Part shown: piece by piece, positions 9,230 to 17,634 of the stretch
Layout of the letters: every line of letters starts with the position of its first letter
How positions within the stretch are numbered: the stretch's first letter is position 1
Origin: a virus
DNA: 64,000 bases
UHGV virus genome: UHGV-0129253
Direction: 5' to 3' (one strand)
The notes under the pieces: model-generated
What the model saw: the letters and a program-made list of their open reading frames with translations, nothing else
Database searches by the model: none
Told to the model about the DNA's origin: nothing
Program-made: the position numbers and the translations under genes

Positions 9230-10020
9230 CCATGCCTGGAATCACATCCTTAAATATCAATAGGTTACAGTTGTTTATACCAATAAGAAAACAACTGAAT
9301 AACAGATCAACGAAACATCAACGCTTTCACCCGATTTGGTCTAAAAAATTGACGTTTTCACACATCACTGCTTATACCCGTAATTCTACGCAGCAGACAG
9401 CGCCACAGCGTCCAATTTTCACCACAGACGACCCAACACACTACCAACAAAAACACACGCTCAAAATCGCTCCCGTTGCGTTACACAACCATATAAACAA
9501 CTTATTTTCAGGTATAACGAAACAACTAAATAACACATATGCCATTTCCAAAAACAACCAACCTCTTTATGGCAGGCTACCGAAAAGACCCACCTCTTCT
9601 CCCCAGGCTACCGGACAACCAACCTAACTTTCACAGGCAATCCGAAAACATTCATACGCGCGATACCCACGACACGCCATTACCCAAACAGCGAAGAAAC
9701 ACCAGAATCACTGAACCCCCAACGAAGCCTGTAACCGCAAGGCTTCTCTCAATCCCAAAAGACACGAAACAGAACAATCACGGGAAACGCCATTACCCAA
9801 CACACGAATAACTACAAAAGCCTTTCACACACTCCAGACAAACAACTCAAACACAATAACGAAAGGAATCGCCCACCTGCCATTACTCCATACACGGAGA
9901 AGAACAATCACCAAAACGACGAGAACACCCCATAGAAGAACCACCGCAAAACGAACGAAACCACATACACCGACAGAGAAAACAACACACCCAATTCACC
10001 AACAGAAATAGTCGCCGTAT
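9230..10020. other. G-depleted A+C-rich noncoding tract (~0.8 kb)
   Basis: Plus strand ~12-15% G by hand count on three 60-nt lines; ORFs in it translate to low-complexity sequence. Confidence 0.5.
9551..9653 (+). repeat. Direct repeats of CAGGCTACCG(A/G)A(A/C)AA..CC(A/C)ACCT (3-4 copies)
   Basis: Same family recurs at 13565-13648. Confidence 0.4.
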
Positions 10021-10219
10021 AGAACGTTCTGGAAGGAGTGAGCATTAACGCCTATAGAGAGGTTGAAACAGATAAAACACGAAGAAAACACAACATGTAT
10101 AGCGAACAAGACAGGTATGTATAAGTGGGGAGGGAAGGAGGGGTGTTGCCTCCTTTTTCGTATTTATTCAACTCCTGATTTTATCCCCCGTAACACCCCT
10201 ACGGTCAGCCTTCGGTCCA

Positions 10220-10360
10220 TACAGGGAAAAGGCTGCATCCTGCTACAGAAACGGCTGGGTTGCCTTCGGGGAACGGCTGGGGATTTTCAGGGAAACGGTC
10301 GAGTTGCCTGTGTGGATTTCGGGAAAAGGCTCGATGCCGGTTCAGGAACGGTGGCGTACC
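10220..10360 (+). repeat. Iteron array: six copies of (C)(A/G)GGAAA(A/C)GGCTG at ~21-24 bp spacing, with a DnaA-box-like TGTGGATTT
   Basis: Copies at 10222, 10246, 10268, 10288, 10320, 10343. Confidence 0.5.
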
Positions 10361-10690
10361 GGTATAGCGTGAGGGAGAGTTGCGGCTACCCACCTGTAAT
10401 GTGCGGGAAGAAGAGAGGCGCTCACGTGCAGGCGAACTTACTTACCGCAGGATTCCCTCTGAATGCCCAACTACAGCGTAATTGTGCCAGACAGCCAACG
10501 GGTCACAATCGATTTCAGTAGGTTTTCGGGGAGATGATTATTCTGCCCACCAGCCACCTTCGGCCACTAAATCAGAATAATGTAAAAAGTGTACTCGGTA
10601 CTGAACCTGAAAACTCACTGCCAAAACCACATTCACCGGAATAAAATCCTTTTCCGCCTTTGTCTTATTGCGATAATAACACCAACAAGT

Positions 10691-10704
10691 AAACAACATG
10701 TTTA
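10691..10704. promoter_or_regulatory. Early-type palindrome AAACAACATGTTTA after a GATAAT box
   Basis: Module CGATAAT(A/T)ACACCAACAAG-AAACAA..TGTTT shared with 13180 and 13670. Confidence 0.35.
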
Positions 10705-10735
10705 GACGTTATATAAACGAAGTGAGGATGAAGAG

Positions 10736-10954
10736 ATGATTAAGATGCCTGTGACGGTTGAGGTGTGGGGCGTGGATTCCCTGGCTGAGTGTCTGGATGC
10801 AGTGGGGCCGGAGTTGTACCGCAAGTTGTGGTCGTTCGTCCCGGCAGAAGGGGAATCGCCCAAAGGGAAGGATATCTGGCACCTGCTGAGTGAAGATGAA
10901 AAGCGAGAGCTGGTGGACGCGGTACACAGCGAGTTCCCGGGCGACGAAGATTAA
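10736..10954 (+). CDS. Small acidic hypothetical protein
   Basis: 72 aa; GTGAGGATG upstream; terminator downstream. Confidence 0.5.
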   Translation: MIKMPVTVEVWGVDSLAECLDAVGPELYRKLWSFVPAEGESPKGKDIWHLLSEDEKRELVDAVHSEFPGDED

Positions 10955-10961
10955 GAGTGAG

Positions 10962-10983
10962 GCCACCAGCACGGTGGCTTTTG
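10962..10983 (+). terminator. Terminator hairpin GCCACCAGCACGGTGGC + TTTTG
   Basis: One of a family of AAGGCCACCA...TGGTGGCCTT hairpins (also 11434, 13053, 13525). Confidence 0.5.
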
Positions 10984-11066
10984 TCGCTATTAACCTCCGG
11001 GGCAGCGCAGCACCGTAACGATATACTTTGTGGCCGTTTTCTTACTGGTATTGTTTACGCAATTCA

Positions 11067-11083
11067 GAAAACAACATGTTTAA
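11067..11083. promoter_or_regulatory. Early-type palindrome GAAAACAACATGTTTAA
   Basis: Downstream of a TATTGT -10-like box; module shared with 11520. Confidence 0.35.
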
Positions 11084-11093
11084 GGATTGCGTT

Positions 11094-11423
11094 ATGTTTG
11101 CAAATATCGACATCAACCAAATTAAGAAATTAACTCAAAAAGAGTTTGATCAGTTTTATGAGTTAGAAGGTTGGTCTTCCACTCTGATCAATTCGCGGTG
11201 GGTGCTTGAGCTGATGACTCGTGATGACGCACCTGCTTTGATGATTTGCGACATGGGTGAAGATGCTGACTTTATGGATATGAGCGAATTTTGTGTGGAC
11301 ACATACAACCGCAGCCAGAAGTACTACTTCACATGCGATAGCGAAAATGACGTGATTTCTAAGGTCTATCTTCACCTCGTCCAGCATTGGGACGTTCAGG
11401 AGTTTCTTGAAGTATTCGAGTAA
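11094..11423 (+). CDS. Hypothetical protein
   Basis: ATG 11094 with AAGGA 7 nt upstream; the longer track start lacks an RBS. Confidence 0.45.
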   Translation: MFANIDINQIKKLTQKEFDQFYELEGWSSTLINSRWVLELMTRDDAPALMICDMGEDADFMDMSEFCVDTYNRSQKYYFTCDSENDVISKVYLHLVQHWDVQEFLEVFE

Positions 11424-11550
11424 CCCCAACCAAAGCCAGCAATGCTGGCTTAATTTCTCTATAGCCGCAGGGAAGAACCTGCATATAGCTCATGCACCTG
11501 ATCAATATGCTTTGTAGCCGTTTTCTTACTGGTATTATTTACGCCATTGA

Positions 11551-11567
11551 GAAAACAAGTTGTTTAC
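11551..11567. promoter_or_regulatory. Early-type palindrome GAAAACAAGTTGTTTAC
   Basis: Follows a TATTAT -10-like box. Confidence 0.35.
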
Positions 11568-11576
11568 GGAGTTGTG

Positions 11577-11888
11577 ATGAAAAAATCATTGGTTCTTGGT
11601 CTGGACAAAGACCAGAAGAGAAAAGAGAAGCCTGCACTGGTTGCTCAATTAACTTTGCTAGACATCGTTGCCAATGGAACCTCTATTCGTCTGTTCCGTG
11701 AAACAGCGGTGTCTTTCGATAAAAACACCTTTACTCGTTATGTAATGAATGTTCGTCGCCAGCGTGGAAAAGGCTGGATGGCATTTCAAAGAATGTGGCC
11801 GGAACATCAGCTCGAACTGGCTTTGATGGAAGTTAACCGCGTGGCCCAGCAAGAAATTCAGAGAGCATCAGTGATGGCAATAGCCTGA
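11577..11888 (+). CDS. Hypothetical protein
   Basis: ATG 11577 with GGAG upstream. Confidence 0.5.
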   Translation: MKKSLVLGLDKDQKRKEKPALVAQLTLLDIVANGTSIRLFRETAVSFDKNTFTRYVMNVRRQRGKGWMAFQRMWPEHQLELALMEVNRVAQQEIQRASVMAIA

Positions 11889-11922
11889 TAATGTGCAAGT
11901 GGTAATTAGTCGACAGTACGAC

Positions 11923-11951
11923 AGCCCCGCCATCCTTACGGGGCTTTTTTG
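11923..11951 (+). terminator. Rho-independent terminator (AGCCCCG...CGGGGCT + TTTTTT)
   Basis: Hairpin plus T6. Confidence 0.65.
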
Positions 11952-12014
11952 TATTGTAAGTACATACTTACGATCATAGAATAGAAAAATAACCAATACA
12001 CTACGGAGAGTGAA

Positions 12015-12410
12015 ATGACCATTAAACGCGAAAAACTGACAGTTGATGTTTACTATGCCTCTGAAACCGCCGAAGGTAAGAATGTGGCAAAAATCACCGT
12101 TGTTACGTACAACACCGAAACTGGCGCCGAAGTACAGGCCAGTACGATCGTGCGTAAAGGTGATGCCTCCGACGGCGAGTACGCGATTCAATACCAGTCT
12201 ATTTTCGATGCAACTGACCCGCTGCTGCTGAAAATCGAGAACTACTTCCGCCAGGTTGATGAAGAGGTGTTTGAACCAATGATGAATATGGTTGACACCG
12301 TATTCGCCTCCAACCTGAATACCAACACTGCCTGGATTGGTCAGTACGGCCTGCGCATTACCTCTGGCATTCCTGCCGACACCTTAATCCCTGAAAGCGT
12401 ATTCGCTTAA
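12015..12410 (+). CDS. Hypothetical protein
   Basis: 131-aa ORF with GGAGAG RBS. Confidence 0.55.
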   Translation: MTIKREKLTVDVYYASETAEGKNVAKITVVTYNTETGAEVQASTIVRKGDASDGEYAIQYQSIFDATDPLLLKIENYFRQVDEEVFEPMMNMVDTVFASNLNTNTAWIGQYGLRITSGIPADTLIPESVFA

Positions 12411-12422
12411 TCCTCTTTAAAT

Positions 12423-12446
12423 GGCGCGTAAACCGCGCCATTTTCT
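12423..12446 (+). terminator. Rho-independent terminator (TGGCGCG-TAAA-CCGCGCCA + TTTTCTT)
   Basis: Hairpin plus T-run. Confidence 0.65.
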
Positions 12447-12456
12447 TATGCCCGAT

Positions 12457-12500
12457 AACAATTTGTTTTCTGCCTTATCTGATTTGTGAAAATGATTTCA
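12457..12500 (+). promoter_or_regulatory. Early-type promoter module (AACAATTTGTTTTCTGCC...TGTGAAAAT)
   Basis: Third copy of the module seen at 1082 and 8004. Confidence 0.35.
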
Positions 12501-12527
12501 CTGAAGCAACTTAATAAGGAAACCATC

Positions 12528-12902
12528 ATGGGACTTGATATCTATATCGAGACACAGCCTAAAAACGATCTGAATAACGAGGCATCCAGAAAGCAGGTTG
12601 CTTACTTCCGTAAGTTCAATGCGCTCGTTGGGTGGATGGAGCGCAACGTAGGTGAAGTCGAAAATTGTGAGCTTTTAGAATTAACGATGAATGACATTTG
12701 TTTTCTGAAGGCTCATTTGATGCACATAAACGAAAGCAATTGCGAAGAGTACTTGCCTACCCGGGAAGGTTTTTTCTTCGGCAGTCAGGAGTACGATGAA
12801 GGTTACTGGCATGACGTGGACAAGCTGAAAAAACTTGTGGAAGACCTGATCAGGAACCACGACTTTCACAATAACAGACTGACCTTCTGCGCCTGGTGGT
12901 AA
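12528..12902 (+). CDS. Hypothetical protein
   Basis: ATG 12528 with AAGGA upstream. Confidence 0.5.
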   Translation: MGLDIYIETQPKNDLNNEASRKQVAYFRKFNALVGWMERNVGEVENCELLELTMNDICFLKAHLMHINESNCEEYLPTREGFFFGSQEYDEGYWHDVDKLKKLVEDLIRNHDFHNNRLTFCAWW

Positions 12903-12904
12903 AT

Positions 12905-13036
12905 ATGGGCGATTTCAAGAAACGCCTGAAGGAAAGAGCCGAGATGGTCAGAAAGCAAAACGCCTCTTCTGTCATCAGATACGCAAGGCAGTTTAGTCGC
13001 AACAACAAATCAGTTGAGGAAAAGATCCTTAGCGTA
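12905..13036 (+). CDS. Small ORF (43 aa, basic), translationally coupled
   Basis: ATG 3 nt after upstream stop; below the track threshold; frame checked codon by codon. Confidence 0.3.
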
Positions 13037-13203
13037 ATCGGGCGATAATTATTAAGGCCACCAGCATTGGTGGTCTTAAATGACTTTTAATAACCGAAGG
13101 TTAGTTTGAAACCTGGCTATCAACTTCCAGAACCTTTCTTGTGTATTCAGCCTGTATTAACTTCTTTTATGCCTTATCTACACTGCGATAATTACACCAA
13201 CAA

Positions 13204-13220
13204 GAAAACAACATGTTTAC
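13204..13220. promoter_or_regulatory. Early-type palindrome GAAAACAACATGTTTAC after GATAAT
   Basis: Module shared with 10670 and 13670. Confidence 0.35.
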
Positions 13221-13237
13221 GCAGTGAGGATATGCTC

Positions 13238-13519
13238 ATGACTGATTTCACCATTACCCCTAAAGCACAAAATGTATTCCTTGAATCATGGCTGGACTTG
13301 CCGGAAACAGAACAGCAAGAAATGGATCATGTGGATTATGACGAGCAGGTAAGCACGCGATTCTTCCACTTTGAGGGATGCGTTTACGACATTGCCGACT
13401 TCATGCGAGATGACCGCTTCCCTGAATGGCACGCAAGCTATCCACTAAACGCCTTTGCCATGCTGATGATCCGTGTGGGTGATTCAGGGGATACCATCGA
13501 CATCGGTCTGCTCCACTAA
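13238..13519 (+). CDS. Hypothetical protein
   Basis: ATG 13238 with GTGAGGAT ~9 nt upstream. Confidence 0.45.
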   Translation: MTDFTITPKAQNVFLESWLDLPETEQQEMDHVDYDEQVSTRFFHFEGCVYDIADFMRDDRFPEWHASYPLNAFAMLMIRVGDSGDTIDIGLLH

Positions 13520-13564
13520 AGACTAAGGCCACCAATGCTGGTGGCCTTAAATGACCATCCTGTT

Positions 13565-13648
13565 TCCCGCAGGCTAAAAACACCAACCTCTTACCTCCAG
13601 GCAACCGACAAACCCACCTGTTCCCGTCCGGCTACCGCAACTTTCCAC
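13565..13648 (+). repeat. Direct repeats CAGGC(T/A)A..CGACAAACCCACCT (3 copies), second locus of the 9551 family
   Basis: Read directly. Confidence 0.4.
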
Positions 13649-13688
13649 TTTGACGCCTTATTCGTACAACGATAATTAACACCAACAA

Positions 13689-13703
13689 GAAAACAATTTG
13701 TTA
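13689..13703. promoter_or_regulatory. Early-type palindrome GAAAACAATTTGTTA after GATAAT
   Basis: ~20 nt upstream of ATG 13724. Confidence 0.35.
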
Positions 13704-13723
13704 TTTACGATAAGGAATTAATC

Positions 13724-14206
13724 ATGAATTTTATCGCTACTGTAAACGCACCCGCACATGGCAATATCGCTGTAACGTTCTCTGACATTGAAAAACGAGT
13801 ACTTGGTGCATGGCGCGACAATGAGACGGTAGAACTGTCAGCACAAGAAAAATGCATTATTGCACGCGACATCATTGGCAATCGTCGTTACTCGCGGGTA
13901 TTTGAGAAAGCGTATGTGGTAAATTCTGGGTTCGGAACGTTCGTCTTTCCGGTGCGCTCCGGGCGATTCTGCCAGTCCAAGCTGATTGAGTTCGCTACGC
14001 AGATTTCTGTCTGGATTAAAACTCAATCGTCGTTCAAATTTTCCGACGATGAAGCAGTATCGCAGGGGATGCGGATCGCCAACAATGCAATTAAATGCAA
14101 AAACATTACGTATACCGCTGGCGTTGACACATGGAAACTGTTTTGCGCTAACTTTATGCTGAATGTATACGCAAGCAACCGCATCCACATCCTTGATGGC
14201 GTGTAA
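13724..14206 (+). CDS. Hypothetical protein
   Basis: 160-aa ORF, AAGGA RBS. Confidence 0.55.
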   Translation: MNFIATVNAPAHGNIAVTFSDIEKRVLGAWRDNETVELSAQEKCIIARDIIGNRRYSRVFEKAYVVNSGFGTFVFPVRSGRFCQSKLIEFATQISVWIKTQSSFKFSDDEAVSQGMRIANNAIKCKNITYTAGVDTWKLFCANFMLNVYASNRIHILDGV

Positions 14207-14208
14207 CT

Positions 14209-14237
14209 GAGAAGAGGGCCAGAAACGGCCCTTTCTC
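14209..14237 (+). terminator. Long hairpin GAGAAGAGGGCC-AGAAAC-GGCCCTTTCTC after ORF 13724-14206
   Basis: ~11-bp stem; loop carries the iteron core GAAACGGCC. Confidence 0.4.
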
Positions 14238-14259
14238 TATAGCCACCAGCTGCCGCAGG

Positions 14260-14340
14260 GAAATTTTCAGAAACGGCGAGGAACGCATTCATGAGCCGAC
14301 GGGAAACGGCCAGGATTTTTTCGGGAAACGGCTGCATTCG
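14260..14340 (+). repeat. Second iteron array: 3 copies of (C)GGGAAACGGC
   Basis: Copies at 14268, 14300, 14322; same core as 10220-10360. Confidence 0.45.
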
Positions 14341-14742
14341 CCTTTATGTAGAAAAAAACATCGGGAAGCTGGTGGAATCCAACCAGCGGTTGTCGGACAG
14401 GCGAGCGGGGAAAATTATGATGACTTTCGTCGCCTGAGACATCCAGATTTCTTTCGTAGCGTAATCACATACGTGATTAAGTGGTGTGATTATGTGAAAA
14501 ATCACGCGCACATAATACGCGAGCGGATACGGAACAAAACAAAATGCCGATCCGCGCCGACAATTAAACGCGGATCATAAAGCAAGACTAAAAGCCAATG
14601 ATTAACCACACACCATAGCGCAATATAACGCGTTTTAAGCGCGTTAATGTGTTGAGTAATGGGTATGTACTGGTAAGGATATAAAAGCTCGTCTGTGGCG
14701 TTATTTTGGCGCTTATTTTATGTTGTTGGAGTGAGTCAAAGA

Positions 14743-14772
14743 CAATAAAAAACGCGCCATCATTGGCGCGTT
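14743..14772 (-). terminator. Minus-strand terminator (AACGCGCCATCATTGGCGCGTT, T-run on minus strand)
   Basis: Perfect 8-bp stem; A-run on plus strand. Confidence 0.55.
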
Positions 14773-14793
14773 ATGGTGGAAGTATTAGAAACG

Positions 14794-14816
14794 AAAAAAG
14801 CGCCCATAGTGGGCGC
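14794..14816 (-). terminator. Minus-strand terminator GCGCCCATAGTGGGCGC, copy 1
   Basis: Overlaps the stop of gene 14823-15053. Confidence 0.55.
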
Positions 14817-14822
14817 TTGATT

Positions 14823-15053
14823 TTATTTGTGCAAACTGATTTTAAATCCCATTTCTACAAACGCTTTTAGCATTAAAAATATATCAGCGTCATTCACGTC
14901 TGCTTTTTTCCGCTCCTGGTCGTTCAATAAGTCAATTTTTCGCGTTGTTTCATCGATAAACTCGACTGAGCGCCCAGCGTAACCAGCGATCCCAGCGATG
15001 CGATTAACAAAATAATCATTGCGCACGTTAACGCCAGCGATAAGAATAAACAT
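14823..15053 (-). CDS. Small hypothetical protein, paralog A (76 aa)
   Basis: Paralogous to 15096-15323; AAGGAG RBS. Confidence 0.55.
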   Translation of the reverse strand: MFILIAGVNVRNDYFVNRIAGIAGYAGRSVEFIDETTRKIDLLNDQERKKADVNDADIFLMLKAFVEMGFKISLHK

Positions 15054-15066
15054 GATTAAGCTCCTT

Positions 15067-15087
15067 AAAAGCGCCCATAGTGGGCGC
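15067..15087 (-). terminator. Intergenic hairpin GCGCCCATAGTGGGCGC, copy 2
   Basis: Identical stem-loop between the paralogs. Confidence 0.5.
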
Positions 15088-15095
15088 TATTGTTT

Positions 15096-15323
15096 TTATT
15101 TTTCTAAGTGAATATTAAAGCCAGCGTTTAAAAATTCTTGAAGCATTAAAGTTACATCAGCTTCATGTATTCCTGCGCGCGCTCTATGTTCTACGTCATT
15201 GATGTTTATTTTAAACGTTGTTTCGTCAACCACTTCAGAACTTAGAGCATACCCAGCTAAACCAGCAATATCATAAACAAGAGTATGATTGTTGATATTT
15301 ACGCCAGAGATGAAAATAACCAT
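15096..15323 (-). CDS. Small hypothetical protein, paralog B (75 aa)
   Basis: Tandem duplicate of 14823-15053. Confidence 0.55.
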   Translation of the reverse strand: MVIFISGVNINNHTLVYDIAGLAGYALSSEVVDETTFKININDVEHRARAGIHEADVTLMLQEFLNAGFNIHLEK

Positions 15324-15337
15324 GATTAAGCTCCTTT

Positions 15338-15357
15338 AAAGCGCCCATAGTGGGCGC
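15338..15357 (-). terminator. Intergenic hairpin GCGCCCATAGTGGGCGC, copy 3
   Basis: Identical stem-loop. Confidence 0.5.
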
Positions 15358-15370
15358 AAGATTCCATTAA

Positions 15371-16021
15371 TTACGCTTTAAAAGCATCAGCCAGATAGTT
15401 ATAGAAATCATTTTTAACGAAGCGATATTGCTGAGTGCCAGCTTTCGCGCTCCCAGCTCCTTTGACTTTTTCAACAAGTCCGAGACGTTCGCAAAGATTG
15501 ATCAACTGGTTGGCTTGAGTATAGCCAGCGTCCAATTTAATCTCGCACGCTTTTTTGGCTTCATTCATTAAATCGAAAACAGCGCCATTCGTGAACGTGT
15601 CGATCTCGTCGTTAATCATATCGATTAAAGCGAATACACGAGATCCAGACATATCAGCGACGGAATAAGTGCATTTGCCAGATTTAATTGATTTAACCAG
15701 ATAAACCAGTTTTTCCAGAGAATAACTATTAGTCATTGCATCACGGAAAAAAACTTCTGGCGTTTGTTTGCTTGCTTTGATCGCATAGTAGAAAACAGAG
15801 CACAATTTTTCGTCTTCTACAGCGTTTACAACGTTGTTGATGAAGTAAGCAAGTTTAGTGGTTGCAGCTTGCATATTTGCTTTGTCTGCTTTTGTGTGCG
15901 TACCATTTTTATAATGTTCGTTATATGTTTGAGTTGCCAGATCTGCTTTTTCGCGCAGCTCGTCGGATACAATGGCAGCAGCTTCAACGATGGATTTTTT
16001 AGAAATGATAATGTTAGCCAT
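15371..16021 (-). CDS. Hypothetical protein (216 aa)
   Basis: ORF with AT-rich promoter region upstream (16022-16300). Confidence 0.55.
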   Translation of the reverse strand: MANIIISKKSIVEAAAIVSDELREKADLATQTYNEHYKNGTHTKADKANMQAATTKLAYFINNVVNAVEDEKLCSVFYYAIKASKQTPEVFFRDAMTNSYSLEKLVYLVKSIKSGKCTYSVADMSGSRVFALIDMINDEIDTFTNGAVFDLMNEAKKACEIKLDAGYTQANQLINLCERLGLVEKVKGAGSAKAGTQQYRFVKNDFYNYLADAFKA

Positions 16022-16260
16022 GATAATTTTTCCTTATGTAAATTTAAAATTTATTGTCGTTAGCGTCTTCGCTTTCGACGAGTTCAATTATCGATATGCG
16101 AAAAAAGATTGCAAGTGTTTTTTTAAAATTTTTTGCAGGGATGAAAGTCCTAGAAATAAAAGCGAGATCGTCGAAGGTGTTCCCTAAATAAATAATCGAT
16201 TCCGGCTTTCGACCTTATATATTTAGGTTATTTGATTTGTAGATATAAAGAAGTGATGTG

Positions 16261-16290
16261 AAAAATAATAACCGGACTTAGCCGGTTATT
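16261..16290 (-). terminator. Minus-strand terminator (ATAACCGGACTTAGCCGGTTAT + T-run)
   Basis: 8-bp stem plus T-run on minus strand. Confidence 0.6.
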
Positions 16291-16302
16291 AACCTTATAG
16301 AT

Positions 16303-16611
16303 TTATTGAACAGACTCTACAGCCTTACGATTGGTGTCAAATAGCGCATCAACGAACTGTGCCGATGACTCGCTAGATTCGCAATCCAACATTGCCCGTT
16401 CTTCATTTGCCACTTTCTTACACAGTTCCACACTCTCACCTATCGCTTTTCCTGCTTTTACGGCTGCCGAAAATTGATACATACAAACTGATACATTCTG
16501 AGACGTTGAGCACACGTCATTCATCAGCGACTGAATGACAGGCTTATAGTCCATTGCATTTGCCGCAACTGAGCAAAGTAAAAATAATGGTGGTAACAAT
16601 ATCGATTTCAT
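16303..16611 (-). CDS. Secreted Cys-rich small protein (signal peptide, 6 Cys)
   Basis: N-terminal MKSILLPPLFLLCSVAANA hydrophobic leader. Confidence 0.55.
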   Translation of the reverse strand: MKSILLPPLFLLCSVAANAMDYKPVIQSLMNDVCSTSQNVSVCMYQFSAAVKAGKAIGESVELCKKVANEERAMLDCESSESSAQFVDALFDTNRKAVESVQ

Positions 16612-16614
16612 AAC

Positions 16615-17139
16615 TCAAAAAGGCAAAATTCGTTCAACCCAATCGAACAAAACAACTATTTTTCTACCGTTCTCGACACGTAGTGTAACCTGACAAGCAT
16701 CTGCGCCTGCTGACACCCCCTCAATTTCACGGCCATCCGCCATGTACACCCTTATAGATTTGTTTGCTTTGTAGGCTTGGTTGCAAATTGCAAAAAAATC
16801 GCGGCGTGATGGCCGATTATCGACATAATCAGGGTGAACTGTTAGTCGACCTTTGAAATCGTGAGCGATACTGTCAACCACACCTGATTCAATTGTACTA
16901 ATGCGTTCAAGTGGGAGCCTTATACGATTTTCTTTGTCAAAAGGGGCTGGGCAAAGGTCAACTTTGTTACGAGATGGCATGAGGCCATAAACGTACATGC
17001 AAAACGCCTGGCCATCTTCGAGAGTGACCCTTACAGGAATTTGTTCTCTGCGCCAGAACATCAGTAGTTTTTCAACGTTAGTGTAATCTCGCGGCCAGAG
17101 TTCAGCTTGGATACCGTAGGTAATATCTTTGGTTGTCAT
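16615..17139 (-). CDS. Hypothetical protein; start uncertain (alternative ATG at 17217 would overlap the upstream gene by 74 nt)
   Basis: ORF 16615-17217; internal ATG at 17139 lies 4 nt after the lipoprotein stop. Confidence 0.4.
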   Translation of the reverse strand: MTTKDITYGIQAELWPRDYTNVEKLLMFWRREQIPVRVTLEDGQAFCMYVYGLMPSRNKVDLCPAPFDKENRIRLPLERISTIESGVVDSIAHDFKGRLTVHPDYVDNRPSRRDFFAICNQAYKANKSIRVYMADGREIEGVSAGADACQVTLRVENGRKIVVLFDWVERILPF

Positions 17140-17143
17140 GTCA

Positions 17144-17566
17144 TCACAGAGTTGTTGGCAGAATGTCGATGTCACCAGAATTGCTGGTGAACACCCTGAA
17201 CGCTTTTGTGTCTCCATTCTTCAGAGTCGTTTCTCGCTCTTGACGAGCGGGGTTTAGAGCACATAAACCTGCACCTTCAAGAGATGCACCCACAATTAAT
17301 TCTCCGGCATTTAAATGGAAAGTCGCTTTTTCGCCTGTAGCCAGTTTTGCGACAGTTTCGCCATTGATGAAAATGGAAGCATCACATCCAGCTCCTACAA
17401 AACCTGCGTCTCTCATTACCACCAACGTAGCTGGCGCTGCGCTTTGATACTTGAACACTTTGGCCTGCGGTGCTGGTTTGGCGTCATGGATTGATATTGG
17501 ACGTGATTGGCACGCGGTAAGCATCAACACTGGTAACGTTAGTAGAGGGAGAAGCGAGTATTTCAT
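17144..17566 (-). CDS. Putative lipoprotein (lipobox LTAC); candidate superinfection-exclusion factor
   Basis: MKYSLLPLLTLPVLMLTAC signal/lipobox read directly. Confidence 0.5.
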   Translation of the reverse strand: MKYSLLPLLTLPVLMLTACQSRPISIHDAKPAPQAKVFKYQSAAPATLVVMRDAGFVGAGCDASIFINGETVAKLATGEKATFHLNAGELIVGASLEGAGLCALNPARQERETTLKNGDTKAFRVFTSNSGDIDILPTTL

Positions 17567-17634
17567 GTTAGTTTTAGAACAGAAAGTGAACAGTATGGGA
17601 GACTTCATCTTTGTCTCCCTAATTGATAGCGTGA

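Noticed and set aside
9232-9811. Two overlapping plus-strand ORFs (131 and 90 aa) in the G-depleted tract
   Set aside because: G depletion removes most TAG/TGA stops, so long open frames arise by chance; the translations are Thr/Pro/Asn/Gln/His-rich and lack ribosome-binding sites.
10063-10521. 152-aa plus-strand ORF overlapping the iteron array
   Set aside because: Lies entirely in repeat DNA, has no ribosome-binding site, and its translation is Gly/Arg/Cys-rich low complexity; most likely a chance ORF created by the repeats.
10697-10735. Tiny upstream ORFs created by the ATG inside the AAACAACATGTTT palindrome (for example a 13-codon ORF ending at the stop overlapping the 10736 start)
   Set aside because: Not consistently present across module copies (lengths of 4 and 13 codons, or in-frame with the gene), so more likely a by-product of the palindrome than conserved leader peptides; could be revisited with ribosome profiling.
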